A DNA stretch of 64,000 bases from Octopus bimaculoides. Taxonomy: Eukaryota. Numbering within the stretch: the first letter of the stretch is position 1; each line of letters starts with the position of its first letter. Made by a program: the position numbers and the translations under genes. Shown in pieces: positions 23,415 through 36,745 of the stretch. Where the stretch lies: NCBI RefSeq assembly GCF_001194135.2, contig NC_068982.1:128169394-128233393 (forward strand). Reading direction: 5' to 3'. The notes below the pieces were generated by a model that did no database searches, had not been told where the DNA came from, and saw only the letters and a program-made list of their open reading frames with translations.

Positions 23415-23491
23415 TCCTTGATAGCATAGTGGCAAGTATTCCTGCCTATCATGTGAGAGGTACAATAGGTACAATTTCCCTTCAAAAGAGG
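23415..23491 (+). pseudogene. Decayed tRNA-Asp(GTC) pseudogene
   Basis: TCCTTGATAGCATAGTGGCAAGTATTCCTGCCTATCATGTGAGAG aligns without gaps to the eukaryotic tRNA-Asp 5' half as I recall it (TCCTCGATAGTATAGTGGTTAGTATCCCCGCCTGTCACGCGGGAG). Differences are almost all transitions, many at CpG. Anticodon now ATC; T-arm degenerate (GGTACAATTTCCC). Confidence 0.75.
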
Positions 23492-23948
23492 TTCATTATT
23501 TGTAGGAGTAGGTATGGTTGTGTGATTAAGACGCTTGCTTTGAAACCACATGGTTTGGGTCCAGTCTTACTGTGCAGCACCTTGGACAAGTGGCTTCAAA
23601 TGTAACCCCAGGCTGACTAATGTATTGTGAGTGAATTTGGTAGATGGAAATTGTGTGGAAGCCTGTTGTGCATGTATGTGCATGTGTGTGTGTGTATATG
23701 CATTTACATGGATGGGTGCATCCTTGTTTGCCCTACATCCACTACTTGACAACTGATGTTGGTTTGTTTACAACCCTGTAACTTAACAGTTTGCCATAGA
23801 GACTGAAACAATAAGTTCCAGACTTAATAAAAAAATAGATACTGGGGCTAATTTGCTCAACTAACATTCTTCAAGGTAGTGCCCCAGCATGGCCACAGTT
23901 CAATGAATGAAACAAGCAAAAGAATATATAATATGTGTGAGTGTGTCC

Positions 23949-23985
<37 letters not shown>

Positions 23986-24453
23986 CATACACACACACAC
24001 ACCTACATATGTGTATACAGACACATGTTTAAATACATGTATAGGTGTATGAAGACAAACACGCTCAAACATATATATCATTCCCCATTACAGTAGCTGA
24101 AGTATTATAAATAGAAATAAGTATGACTAGAAGACAACTACAACCCAGGAACCCAACAAGATTAAACACCCAACACACACACACTTAAAAGTCATAAATA
24201 ATCATCTATTATATCAAAAGAATCAAGACAACTTACAGACGTTTCGAAACATCAATAATTCTCTCATTTTATAAACTACACAATTTCTACAGTGATTGAT
24301 TAATGATAGAAATTATTTAGCTCCTAACTAAAGAAAAAAAAAATCTGTCTTTATCAGTTCAGTTAATTTGATGTAGATGAATATTGATTTGTTACTAAGG
24401 CAAAACACACAAATTTATAGCAAAGGTGGAGGTGGGTATGTGTGTGTATATTT

Positions 24454-24487
<34 letters not shown>

Positions 24488-25196
24488 CGTATACATATGT
24501 GTATCATATAACGTATACATATGTGTATCATATAACGTATATAAGAAGGATATCTATTTTCTTAAAAACTTTTTACAAAAATTCCCAGTATAAAACTTCC
24601 ATCAAAAACTAATAATAGAAATATCACAATGAAGAACAATTAGCTTGCTGAGTTTTTCTTTTCAATTTTTTTTCTCTTCTTTGTAATTTTCTGTAAATAA
24701 TATATTATGTTTGTATGTGTTCTGTTTTTTTTTTGTTTTGACTATATATTTATTTACATACAGTAAACCATGTTAATTAGGAAAACCAGTCACAGTTATA
24801 CAACAACAGAAATATAAACAAACAAATCGAACGTCATTATACAGTTGTCATATAAATACAATAATGCCTCAATACAAAAAAATTCAGCTCCCAAAAGCAG
24901 ATGTAAATCAAAGTATTGCAGTCATGTGTAATGATCAAAGGTTACAAAGAAAAATTTGAACAACAGTGCAAGGCAAATAGAGAAAGCAAACACACAAAAA
25001 CAAAACAAAATAAAAATGGATAATAAAAAAAAAATTCAAATAAATAAGGATAAAATCATGCTAAATGCCAGGGAAAGAAAATATTGTCATTCCAGAGACA
25101 GGAATAGAATCCTTTAGCTAAGACATTAAGACCACATTTGTGTATAAGAAGGAGGATGCAAAGGAAGTAGAAAAATAGAAAAATCCTTTTTATTAC

Positions 25197-26410
25197 AGGC
25201 ACAAGGACTGAAATTTCCAGGAGAGGGGGGGGGGAACTAGTTGATTACATCAATCCCAGTGTTAAGCTGGTACTTATCTTATTGGCCTCAAAAGAATGAA
25301 AGGATGAAAAGCAAAGTCAACCCCAGTGGAATTTTAGCTTGGAATGTAAAGATGGGTGAAATACCACTAAGAATTTTGCACCGTGTGCTATCAATTCTGC
25401 CAGCTCACCACCAATGATATAATCACAAGGCCTGAAATTTGGTGGGAGTGTGGGGTGGGGGAAGTCAATTAGATTGACCCCAGTACACAACTGGTACTTA
25501 ATTTATCGACCCTGAAGAGATAAAAGGAAAACTTGACCTCGGTAGAATTTGAACTCAGAATGTAGTGACAGGCAAAATACCACTAAGCATTCCATCTAGT
25601 GTGCTAACGATTCTGCCAGCTCGTGGCCTTTCTGCCAACAATGGTGATTTTAAATTTTGGTACAAGGCCAGCAATTAAGTGGAGAGGGAAAGTCAATTGC
25701 ATCAACCCAGTATTCAACTGGTATTTATTTTATCAACCCTGAAATGATGAAAGGTAAAGTTGACTTCACCCAGCAGACTAAGGATTCAGCCCACTTGCCA
25801 CCTTAATAATAACAATCCCTTCTACTAAAAGTACAAGGCCTGAAAGTTGGTGAGAGGGGGACAGCTGATTACATTGACTCCCCACCCACCCCCAGTGTTC
25901 AACTGGTACTCATTTTATCAAACCCAAAAGGACAAAAGGCAAAGTAGACCTTGACAATTATAATAATAATCCTTTGTGATAAAGGCACAAGGCCTGAAAT
26001 TTGTGGGGAAGGGGAGTAGTCAATGACATCAACTCCAGTGTTTCACTGGTACTTAATTTATTGATCCCCAAAAGAATGAAAGGCAAAGTCGACCTGGGCA
26101 GAATTTGAACTCAGAACATGAAGACGGACGAAATGCCGCTAAGTACTTTTGCCTACTGTGCTAACAATTCTGCCAGCTCGCTACCTTAATAATAATAATG
26201 ATGATGATGATGATGATAATTTCAAATCTTTGCCACAAGAGCAGCTTGGGGGAGGGGATTATGTCAATTACATTGACCCCAGTGCGTAACTGGTATTTAT
26301 GTAATCAACCCCAAAAGGATGAAAGGTAAAGCTGACCTCAGTGGAATTTGAACTCAGGACATAAAGATGGATCAAATATCACTAAGCATTTTGTCCAGCA
26401 TACTACCTAT
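25197..26410 (-). repeat. Head-to-tail chain of 6 family-B SINEs
   Basis: Six reverse-oriented units (about 25197, 25424, 25658, 25830, 25983, 26230) sharing ACAAGGCCTGAAATTT..CCCAGTG..ACTGGTACTTA..ATGAAAGGCAAAGTCGACC, mostly separated by AAT/GAT repeats. Confidence 0.9.
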
Positions 26411-27039
26411 TCTGAAAGTTCATCTTAAAAACTGCTTTATTGGGGATAGCAAAGATTTAGAGACTGGTCCCTGGATGTTAATTATTGTAGACGACGCCTG
26501 TGAGACAATTGACAACAAGCTGTTATCTGCTCTTACAGAATTAAGAGCAAGTGAAATTGAGAGCTCTGAAAAGTGAAATGAAAATAATAAAGAATATAAA
26601 GAAGATATACTCTGTTGGTTTCAGCCAAGTGCAGGGTGGTCATGCAAGGATAGGGAGACACAAAGCTTGTGATTTGATCCCAATAACTTACTGATACTTA
26701 TCTTAGTGATAAATGAAAGGTGAAAACAAACCATCAGCAGGATTTAAATGCAGAAACATGAATGGACAAACCAGATAAAGTATCTAATCTATTTTACAAC
26801 TCACTACACAAGTCCATTATTCAATTGATGGAAAATGAAATAAAAAGCAGACTCAAAATAAATGAATCCTATACAAGGAGGGATATCAAAAGAAGGCTTG
26901 ACTAAATTGTACTCTCAGTTTATGTCATTTTCTACAATTATTCATATAAATTAAGTATTGCTTGTATCAGTTCCATGCATATATATAATCACCTTGTTTC
27001 TTTTTATTCTCAAGTTAGACCAAGTTTATCAATATCATG

Positions 27040-27410
27040 ATCATCATCTTAAAGCCCACTTTTCCATGCATGCATGGGTCAGACAGAGTTTACTGAGGTA
27101 GATTTTTCTATAACTAGATACCTTTCCTGTTGTCAACCTTCACCTCTTTCTAAGCAGAATACTGGAAATGAATGATGCTGCTTGTATGACAGTGACACTC
27201 ATCTAAACTATCAGGTGATGTCAGCACACACACACACACACATACAGAATGAGCTTGTTTCAGTTGCCAACCCCCATAATCCACTCACAAGGCTTTGGTT
27301 GGCCTTGGGCTATAGAATACACCTGCCCAAAGTGCCATGCAGTGTGACTGAACTCAAAACCATGTGGTTGGAAAGTCAACTTCTTAACCACACAGCCCTG
27401 CCTGCAGCTT
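27040..27410 (-). mobile_element. SINE family C: family-A head/CORE joined to a different, RTE-like tail; second copy at about 44320-44690
   Basis: Both copies share TTTCCATGCATGCATGGGTCAGACAGA..GAGG.AGATTT and continue through (CA)n into the reverse complement of the family-A head (…CTTCTYAACCACACAG). Confidence 0.7.
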
Positions 27411-28139
27411 ACTCAAACCAAATATCATCAACCTATTCTTTGTAGTTCATGTGGTAATGGTGGAGCTCAATCCTTACAATCAAACCAATGGAAACATAGT
27501 TACTAATTAGTTTTCCATATTTACTGACACCATATGTCAGTCACATCTCTCAACAGAAGTGTCACTGTTTATTAGTGATAGACTGAATTTGAATTCAGAC
27601 AGCACAAAGTCAGAACACATCACAACATGGCATCCTGGCCAATATTCTAACAGTTCTGCCCATCCCACATTCTAGATTGATATTTTCTTTTATTAAGCCA
27701 CTAAAAGGATGACAAGCAAAATTGTCCTCAGCAGGATTTGAACACAGAGTGTAAAGAGTCAAAACAAACACCCCATGGTATTCTGTCCAGAACTCTAACA
27801 GATCCGTCGAGTCAGCATTAATTGCAACAAATCCAATCATTAATTGCTGATATTTATTCATCCAATTAGTAATAATGTGACTTGTTCTCATTATATCTTG
27901 AGTAGCTTCATAACACGTGCAGATAACTCATCATCTGCACACTTTACAAGCATTTAAAACTGTTCAAGTAATATAGACTATGATCAGTCAGTTAGAAAAT
28001 TAATGCTAAGAGTAATGATACATGAAATCCATAGTAAAATAGATATTTATATCGCCACACAAAAAGGAAATTGTTTCAAATTGTAGAAGTGAAAAATAGA
28101 GGTAACAAAAGGGATCTGAAATGTTTACAAGGGAGTAAT

Positions 28140-28430
28140 AATTAGTGTCACTCACAAGTGAATGTGATGTGGTAGGGTAGCATCTACCATGTGTTCATCA
28201 GTTGATTTAGGTACCCAAAAAGTTGCAAATTGACACAGATACACTGTTGTTGTCTCCCTTACCAACCCAGCAGAACATCCAGGATGTGACAACTGGATGG
28301 AGAGAGAGATATACTGACACTTGGTTGGTATCCATTTCAGCTGAGTGGACTGGAACATGAAATGAAGAATCTTCCTCAAAAACCTGATGCACCATCTTGT
28401 CCAGGAGCCAAACCCACAATTCTATGATTG
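28140..28430 (+). repeat. Interspersed repeat (family D), inverted copy at about 21130-21350
   Basis: CAGAACATCCAGGATGTGACAACTGG (28267-28292) matches the reverse complement of CCAGCTGTCACATACTGGATGTTCTG (21238-21263). Confidence 0.6.
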
Positions 28431-29269
28431 TGAACCCAATAATCTAACCATTACAACATAGGAATTCACAGAAAAGTAAATACAATTTACTATATGCAGA
28501 TCAAATTTCCTGAAGCTATGAAAGTCTAGAATGAAGGCAGTAGGAGAATTAAAGTACTGAGCACTATTAGAGATACACTGAGACTGGGTCAGATAACCAC
28601 TAATTGAGTGAATATCAAGAATTAGTGATTAAACTGGTTGTAAATAATGTGAATAAGTACAACAGATGAGAGTAATCAGAATAAGTAGAGTAATCGGAAT
28701 AAGCTAGAGAATAAGAGACAAGGTTATATTCGTATGACACATGTCATCTATGATAGCATTAGTAATAAGTATGAAGACAAAAAAAAAAATCAAGGATATT
28801 GACAGGGTCAGAACACAATCTTCAGTTGGTTAAAAAAATATTTTTAACTGGGGCCGGTTTAAAAAGAAATATCAGTTTTCCTCAGTAATTGCTAAACAAA
28901 ATTCATTCAAACAACATCAAGGGAAAGGAAAATCTCTTTTGTTGCATATTATTTAGAAAATGCAAGTGTGAAAGTATCATGTGATATAGAAAGTTCTGTC
29001 TAATATTCAGTCTTTATTTAATAATATAAAGATGATATTTAATCCATTAACATTGAAACAAGTCATATTAGGCCCAATTATTTTCCCATTTTTATCTTCA
29101 AACTGGCCAGATCTGGCCTCTCACTTCTACCCTACAATGTCATTCTAAAAATAAACAATCCCAACATCGAAATTTTGAAGCTACAAGATGATGTGCGATT
29201 AATTCCATGACAATGTAAATAGATAACCATATTTGACAGAGGAAGCTAAAGGGCTAAAACAGAAAATTT

Positions 29270-30290
29270 AATCATTTATATAATTTTGTCATTTTCTATC
29301 ACCGTTCTCCATTTATTTGTAAGTTTTTGAATGCCTGATTTCAAGAAGTTCCTCCAGCTTTTAGTTAAAAACAACTTTAATTCATTTTTCTATGTCTTCC
29401 CTGCTGCTGCCTGTACTTTTCCTACTTTCAAAGTTGAAGTTTGATGGAGCAAAGTCTGGAAAATGTGGAGGGTGTAGCAGTTTTACTCATCCAAATGATT
29501 CCAGAACATTCTAAGTGACATGTTGTGTGAGGTCAAGCATTATCTTAATGACCACCCCTGGGATTTATTACAGCAAGACATTTTCTACCCAAAGAGGTCT
29601 TCAAATGGTGAAGGTGCTGAAAATAGATTCCAGAAGTGATTGCTTGATTTTACCTTCAAAACTCATTATAATTCCTACTATATGCCACCAAATAGAATTT
29701 CCTTTGGGTGAACTCCCCACACATGGATATGGTACAGGTTTTTGATTTGGCATTCGCCATTGTCTACAGTACTTAATATTGTTGTGAAGAATCCATTTCT
29801 CATCTCAATGGATGTTAAATGATGATCATCATCATGAGTTATGATCCTATTTAAAAATGGTGCTTGCAAGTTATGCATATCGAATGATGGTTCACAGCAG
29901 TAAGGTTTTTGCTGATGATTTGTTGCTGTAAGAGAATACAAAAACCTATTCTTCCCCCACTCTGGAACTTTCCCTAGTATCTTCAAATGATTATTGAATG
30001 TTCATAATGCTAACAATAAGTTCAATGAAAAGTTCTTTCACTATCACAGTGAATGTCATTGCAAATATTGCCTCCAGTATTTTATAATCCTATTTGGAAG
30101 GATGGCCTGACCTAGGATTATCAAGCAAATTGAAATTGCCACATCTGAATTTTTCAATCAACCTTCTGCAAATTCATTCACAGCATCTTGACCATAACAT
30201 TTTGGTTGTTTTGCTTGCATTAGAACAATAAAGATTGTAAAACATAATGTAACAAATATGTTCTTGGCATGATTCCTTAATGGGTTCATA
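29270..30290 (-). mobile_element. Mariner relic (heavily decayed)
   Basis: Minus-strand remnants KFRCGNFNLLDNPRSGHP, PFLNRIITHD..DEKWILHNN, HPPHFPDFAPSNF, GIQKLTNKWRTVIEND. TIRs not identified; ends approximate. Confidence 0.78.
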
Positions 30291-33010
30291 GAAAACTAAT
30301 ATATTAAAATATGGTTGCTGCTATATGGTGACACTTCATGAAAAGCTTATGCATCAGTTAATGTCACCAATATTTATGGGGTTTTTGGGGGAGTGAAAAA
30401 AATGGTTTCAATAGGTTCAAACTCCTAATCAGACAGAACTTTCTACACAACCTGATATTACAATAAGGTTTCATGCAAACCATGCAGAAAAAAAAACATT
30501 TCAAAATAGCCAATGTTGACAGCAATGAATTTAGACAGGTTATCTTGCATTTAATAAAAGGAATTGGAAACATGGCATTCATGACTTTCTTCAGAGTTTT
30601 AGATGATTAATGTAAATGAAAAGTTCTAGATGGAAAACTAAAATGAGAAAGACATAAGGACCTAGCATTTCACTTGTATACCAGTTGCAGTAAAAGCAGT
30701 TTAAGGACACCAATGTATGGACCCTAACGATTTCTCGTTTCCTAGGGTGATAATAGCTGAGGGTGACAAACTAGGAATCTTAACAAATGGGTACAGGGAA
30801 AAAATGAAAACAAATTAAACAGCCACCTGCCTAGTTATAAAATTAAAAAAGAAGCAGAGCTAAGAGTTGTAATTACATAGCAACCAGCATTTTATAGAAG
30901 ATGAAGTTGTAGGTAAGAGGTAAAAGCAGTAGGTTATAGAGAATCCTTGGTTGTAATACCTTCCATGTAACCTGTTCATTGTTGTGTCTATTAACAGATG
31001 GTTGTTGGTTGAATTGACGAGGTTTCTGATCTTGGTGAGTGTGCCCCCCATTCATATAGTTTGTTCTTGAGGGTCTTCCTCCAGCTGATTGGAAAGAAGC
31101 AGCTGGTGCCTTTTATAGATGTGGTAGATAAATGGAACACAAATGTAATTTCTTTTTTTTTTTTTTTAAATAATGAAATCTTTTCCAATCAAAAGAAAAA
31201 TATAACTTAACTTGAAAAATCTGAACTGTAAAAAAACAAAAATCTTACCAATATGGTACTATCATTCAACAAATTTTCAGGAATTAATCATTTTGGAAAG
31301 GACAATTAGTAAGTAGCAGGTACTTTGGAGGATGTGCAAAAATAAATTAGAAATTGAGATTTTTCAAATATTTTGTTTGAAAACAAAAGTGTAAAAAAAA
31401 AATTTTAAAAAAGGTGAATGAAGATGAACTTGAAAATTACACAAGGAATAACACTATGCTAACAAATTTCAAAGGTTTGAAATTGTTATTTAAAATCTAA
31501 TATTTAAAATTTACTTTTGCATTTAGACAGTCAGACATAGATACACAGATAAGATGATGAATTGGTAGAGTCATTGCAGCATGCAATAGAATGCATTGCT
31601 NNNNNNNNNNNNNNNNNNNNNNNNNNNNNNNNNNNNNNNNNNNNNNNNNNNNNNNNNNNNNNNNNNNNNNNNNNNNNNNNNNNNNNNNNNNNNNNNNNNN
31701 NNNNNNNNNNNNNNNNNNNNNNNNNNNNNNNNNNNNNNNNNATATATATATTGGCTCTCTGCTTTTTTAGTTCAAATTCCACCAAGGCCAGTTTTGTCTT
31801 TTATTCTTTTGATATCAACAAATAATGTACCAGTGGAAGGGAGTGTTGGTGCAACCCTCTCTCTAACCAGCAGTCACATCCTAACTATTACACTGGATTA
31901 AGGACCAACAATATTTGTGTTTGCTTGCAACTACACTGGGTGCCTAAAACCATTAGTTGAAGTATGGTACATGCCAATATCAAGTTACACTAGACTGTGA
32001 GAAATGGCTGCATATATACATACAAGCATACACACATGTCTATATCTACACATGCACACACACACACATAGTTGTGTGAGTATGATTTGTAACTCTAAAA
32101 TCCAAGCCATCTGCCACTGCTACATCTAATTCCCCCAAGTGCTTCCACAAATGACGCCATTGTTTTGTTTTCAAAAAATAGTTGGCAGGATCATGTTGCA
32201 GAAGTTATGAAATATACAAACCTACCAAGCGCAAAGTGTATTCACCTTCAAATGCAACTGCATTGGACTTGAGCCAATGATAACACTTTTTTACAATCAT
32301 CCACTCTGCTAAAATAGCAGCTAAATCTATCAAATTACACCCTACAGTCTTAAGAAACGAAGAAAATATTGGACAATGTAGTCAGGCATACGCTATGCCT
32401 TAGAAAAACAAAATAAATGGATGGTAAATGTTTGAATGTATTTGATCAAGGATTAACTTAGTCAGGGCTGAGTTAGGGTTGTGCAACATTATAAATGGAA
32501 CAGGACTGAATGAAAAATATGTTCCCAGAACAGCTTGGTCTCATGAAATAAGTATAGTGAGCAAGCATAGGGTGTACAGAAATATCAATGAACTCTGGTG
32601 ATATTCCTCACTACAGTTATCAACAGAGATTGTCACATCTAATGTTAAAAAGAGCTACAAGTAACATGTTCAAGATGTCACCCAGCCCTTCAAAAGTGCA
32701 AGGTGGAATGAAACAGCAATTTGAGAAAGTAAAGGACTTTTGGCAAGCCAAAGAGAGCATCAGATTTACCCTGCACAAAAAACAGCAGGAGATGCACCTC
32801 CTATATTTTCCCCTTTAGCTGTAAGAGAGCATGTTGAGATTAACTGGCCACAATGTTACAGTCTTGCAAGGGAATAACTCACTACTATTAATATATTTAA
32901 CTTTCATTTCTCTTTAGCACTTAACTGAAAATCTGTGGTTAGAATGATACGGATCTGACAAGTATGATATATTGTGGTAAACTTTTTTTATTGAGAAAAT
33001 TCTAACTCAC

Positions 33011-33137
33011 CTGCCATTTACGTCTAGCAATGAAGTTCTTTAGTTTGTCCGTACTGAGGCGTTTCATACACTGGTTGTCCACATGATCAAGAGCTAGCCA
33101 TTCATGTTGAAGACACTTATGAATAGTCATACGGTTT
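33011..33137 (-). CDS. MYLK: MLCK-like exon: end of kinase, autoinhibitory segment, first half of CaM-binding helix (not in ORF track)
   Basis: TTTAAATTTTCAG| ... |GTGAGT; 127 nt, phase 2/0. ENRMTIHKCLQHEWLALDHVDNQCMKRLSTDKLKNFIARRKWQ matches the R-M-T..C-L-x-H-x-W-L and ARRKWQ motifs of smooth-muscle-type MLCK. Confidence 0.95.
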
Positions 33138-33229
33138 CTGAAAATTTAAATTAAAATATTACAATTTTTTTATTTTTTAGTCTGAGGAAGTGTGACAGTT
33201 GCCTATAACCTTTTCAGGCTCTCTCAGGT

Positions 33230-34270
33230 TAGTAAGTTCAATGTGGCTGATGTACAGCTTGAACATTATTTCTAGGTAAATCCAATCGAAAGGACATGGA
33301 TAATTGAAAAGACATTAGGGAGTACTTTGTATAGAGATTGTTGAGTGAGCCACAGTGGATATGATAAAGAGAAGGCAAGCAGGCATCTGGTGAAATGGTA
33401 TAAAGCACTTCAGAAGAAACACAAAACATAAACATTAGTAAAAACTGGATTAAAAAAGATAACAATGGAAATGCAATTACATGAAGTAGTTATAGAATGT
33501 TGTTGAAAAGTTCTTTATCAGTCTACTGGCTGGCTCTTTTTGGATAGTCTCAGAACTTTATGAATGTAGCAGCAGCGTTGTTATTGGATATCTGAGAAAT
33601 ACGTTAATAATCAGGGCCAAAATATTTTCTGAGCCTGAAGAAGTTTAATACATTGGATGCAGTTTCAAATTGTTAAAAAAACAATCAGAGATTGTGAGGC
33701 CTAGCATGTTACCATTTTTGAGGGTTTTAGCCATGTTGGAGGTGGAGTATTTTAAGGGAGGTGGAGTATTTTAAGATTATTTACTTCAGTAAATAGTATA
33801 TGTAACATTTATGTTTTGGTGTTACTGATTGAGATTAAGTTAAGCTCCCTATTGAAGGATTTTTCAGTTGTGGTCTTTGATAATAAAATTGCAGTAGATG
33901 ACACCTGTAGGCAGAAGGTTCAGTAGAAGTAATGTGTAGTTAAGAATTAACAAGAGAATGTGTGGGAGATGCACATCTTCCATTAAAAGATGAGTATGGG
34001 AGACAAGATAGACACCAGCTGATAGAATATAGACTAGAGAGAAAGCCATTAATACATGCTGCAACAGAACAGTCTGGTAAGAAACACCACCAAGCCAAGA
34101 GATAGATGGCAGCCACAGACTAGCATCTTTGCTAAGTGATTATCCTATCAGACACTCGTATAAACACAACTGGTGTTAAGAGCAACAATAGTTCTTTCGC
34201 TGGTGTTCTCAAGGGCAGGGGATTACTGGAATCATTTACCAACATTCTTTCAAGTATTTTGTAGATATTA
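33230..34270 (-). mobile_element. Second ancient CR1/Jockey-group-like LINE relic
   Basis: Minus-strand remnant FLPDCSVAACINGFLSSLYSIS...ILSP resembles the FLSDRSI.AVVDG.CSS...INSGVPQGSVLSP block of the family seen at 10.5-13.1 kb. Very decayed. Confidence 0.5.
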
Positions 34271-34747
34271 GATGAAGGAATGGAAAATAGAAATTTTACA
34301 ATGACAAAGAAAAATTTACCTCAAATATTTCTCAATTTTATAATATGGCTCTAGTAGCATATAACATGAAGTGGGAGAATTAAAAGTAGTTTTTCAAATG
34401 AAAATAGAAACTGGATTTACAGTAGTAACTGACTTAATTTTATTGCCCAGTCTAACACCAACACCTAGTATCTTGGAGGGCTTTAGTAGTGAGTGAGAGT
34501 TCACTGTTACAAGTACTCAGGCTAGGGTCTCCAACTTGAAAACACCTTCTTCACTTACTCCCTCCCACCAAGTTTCAAAGGCCCTGTAAAGGATCATGGG
34601 TACAATTTTCCCTCCTAATTAAAAAAAAAACTGAAAAAAAATAAAACATGACTGTAATAAACAGATGTTAATTTCAGATTCACTAAAAAGAAATCAAATG
34701 AAAATTATGGGATTCATTTTAATTAAATTCATGTATTTATCACTTAC

Positions 34748-34900
34748 TCTTTTTTCTTTACTAACAACTTGGAAATAAAATCTTTTGCAGCATCTGAAAT
34801 TTCATCAAAGGTTTCATCATCAAAGTCGTATTCCGCTTGTGTAACGTTGGATAATGTTTCACCATTTGTTTCTCCAGTGAAAGGAGCCAGTCCAGAAATA
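34748..34900 (-). CDS. MYLK: MLCK-like exon: kinase subdomains IX-XI
   Basis: TTTATCGTTTCAG| ... |GTAAGT; 153 nt, phase 2/2. LISGLAPFTGETNGETLSNVTQAEYDFDDETFDEISDAAKDFISKLLVKKK. Confidence 0.97.
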
Positions 34901-36745
34901 CTGAAACGATAAAGAAATAAGTTAAACAAAAAAAAAATAATAATAATAATAAATAAACAATGACAAATTGCTGCAAGATAAAGTTATTACTCAGATTTTA
35001 AAAACCAGCTTACTTTTATTCTTTTACTTATTTCAGTCATTTGACTGTGGCCATGCTGGAGTACCGCCTTTAGTCAAACAAATCGACCCCAGGACTTATT
35101 CCTTGTAAGCCTAGTACTTATTCTATTGGTTACTTTTGCCAAACTGCTAAGTTACGGGGACATAAACACACCAACATTGGTAGTCAAGTGAAGGTGGGGA
35201 GACAGGCACAAATATACAAACATATATCATCATCATCATCATCATCGTTTAACGTCCGCTTCCATGCTAGCATGGGTTGGACGACTTGACTGAGGAATGG
35301 TGAAACCGGATGACAACACCNNNNNNNNNNNNNNNNNNNNNNNNNNNNNNNNNNNNNNNNNNNNNNNNNNNNNNNNNNNNNNNNNNNNNNNNNNNNNNNN
35401 NNNNNNNNNNNNNNNNNNNNNNNNNNNNNNNNNNNNNNNNNNNNNNNNNNNNNNNNNNNNNNNNNNNNNNNNNNNNNNNNNNNNNNNNNNNNNNNNNNNN
35501 NNNNNNNNNNNNNNNNNNNNNNNNNNNNNNNNNNNNNNNNNNNNNNNNNNNNNNNNNNNNNNNNNNNNNNNNNNNNNNNNNNNNNNNNNNNNNNNNNNNN
35601 NNNNNNNNNNNNNNNNNNNNNNNNNNNNNNNNNNNNNNNNNNNNNNNNNNNNNNNNNNNNNNNNNNNNNNNNNNNNNNNNNNNNNNNNNNNNNNNNNNNN
35701 NNNNNNNNNNNNNNNNNNNNNNNNNNNNNNNNNNNNNNNNNNNNNNNNNNNNNNNNNNNNNNNNNNNNNNNNNNNNNNNNNNNNNNNNNNNNNNNNNNNN
35801 NNNNNNNNNNNNNNNNNNNNNNNNNNNNNNNNNNNNNNNNNNNNNNNNNNNNNNNNNNNNNNNNNNNNNNNNNNNNNNNNNNNNNNNNNNNNNNNNNNNN
35901 NNNNNNNNNNNNNNNNNNNNNNNNNNNNNNNNNNNNNNNNNNNNNNNNNNNNNNNNNNNNNNNNNNNNNNNNNNNNNNNNNNNNNNNNNNNNNNNNNNNN
36001 NNNNNNNNNNNNNNNNNNNNNNNNNNNNNNNNNNNNNNNNNNNNNNNNNNNNNNNNNNNNNNNNNNNNNNNNNNNNNNNNNNNNNNNNNNNNNNNNNNNN
36101 NNNNNNNNNNNNNNNNNNNNNNNNNNNNNNNNNNNNNNNNNNNNNNNNNNNNNNNNNNNNNNNNNNNNNNNNNNNNNNNNNNNNNNNNNNNNNNNNNNNN
36201 NNNNNNNNNNNNNNNNNNNNNNNNNNNNNNNNNNNNNNNNNNNNNNNNNNNNNNNNNNNNNNNNNNNNNNNNNNNNNNNNNNNNNNNNNNNNNNNNNNNA
36301 CCTGGAACCATGTGGTTGGGAAGCAAGCTTCTTACCACACAGCCACTCCTGCGCCTATTGCAAAATTAAACAAGATTCAAATTATATAGCTAATTTTAAT
36401 ATTTTAAACTTAAAATAATTGGAACCTAAGACATAAATAATCACTCATTCTACTATAGGCCCAAGGCCTGAAATTTTGGTTGGGGGGGGGGGCTTGTCAA
36501 TTACATCATCCCCAATACTCAACTGGTACTTATTTTATTGACCCTGAAAGGATGACAGGCAAAGTCAACCTTAGCAACATTCGAACTCCGAAAGTAAAGC
36601 TGGAAAAAATGCTACTAAGCAGTTAGTCTGGTTATTATTCAACCAGTTCACCACCTTAACAACAACTACAATAATAACAACGACGACTACAAAATTAATA
36701 GTCATATTAAATACAAAGAAAGAAAGAAAAAAACAAAAAACTTAC

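Noticed and set aside
25197-26410. Regularly spaced repeats superficially like a CRISPR array
   Set aside because: Units are about 200-bp diverged SINEs without unique spacers, in a eukaryotic intron with no cas genes.
31531-31600. Possible alternative terminal exon next to the gap (AMHSIACCNDS...)
   Set aside because: Acceptor not visible, flanked by (TA)n, and no motif support.
33741-33778. Short perfect tandem duplication GGAGGTGGAGTATTTTAAG x2 (similar small duplications near 23290, 24485, 45040)
   Set aside because: Ordinary slippage duplications, mostly inside decayed repeats; no functional signal.
35184-36418. Long ORFs of 359-384 aa (also 62460-63447, 31531-31901)
   Set aside because: Almost entirely X from assembly gaps.
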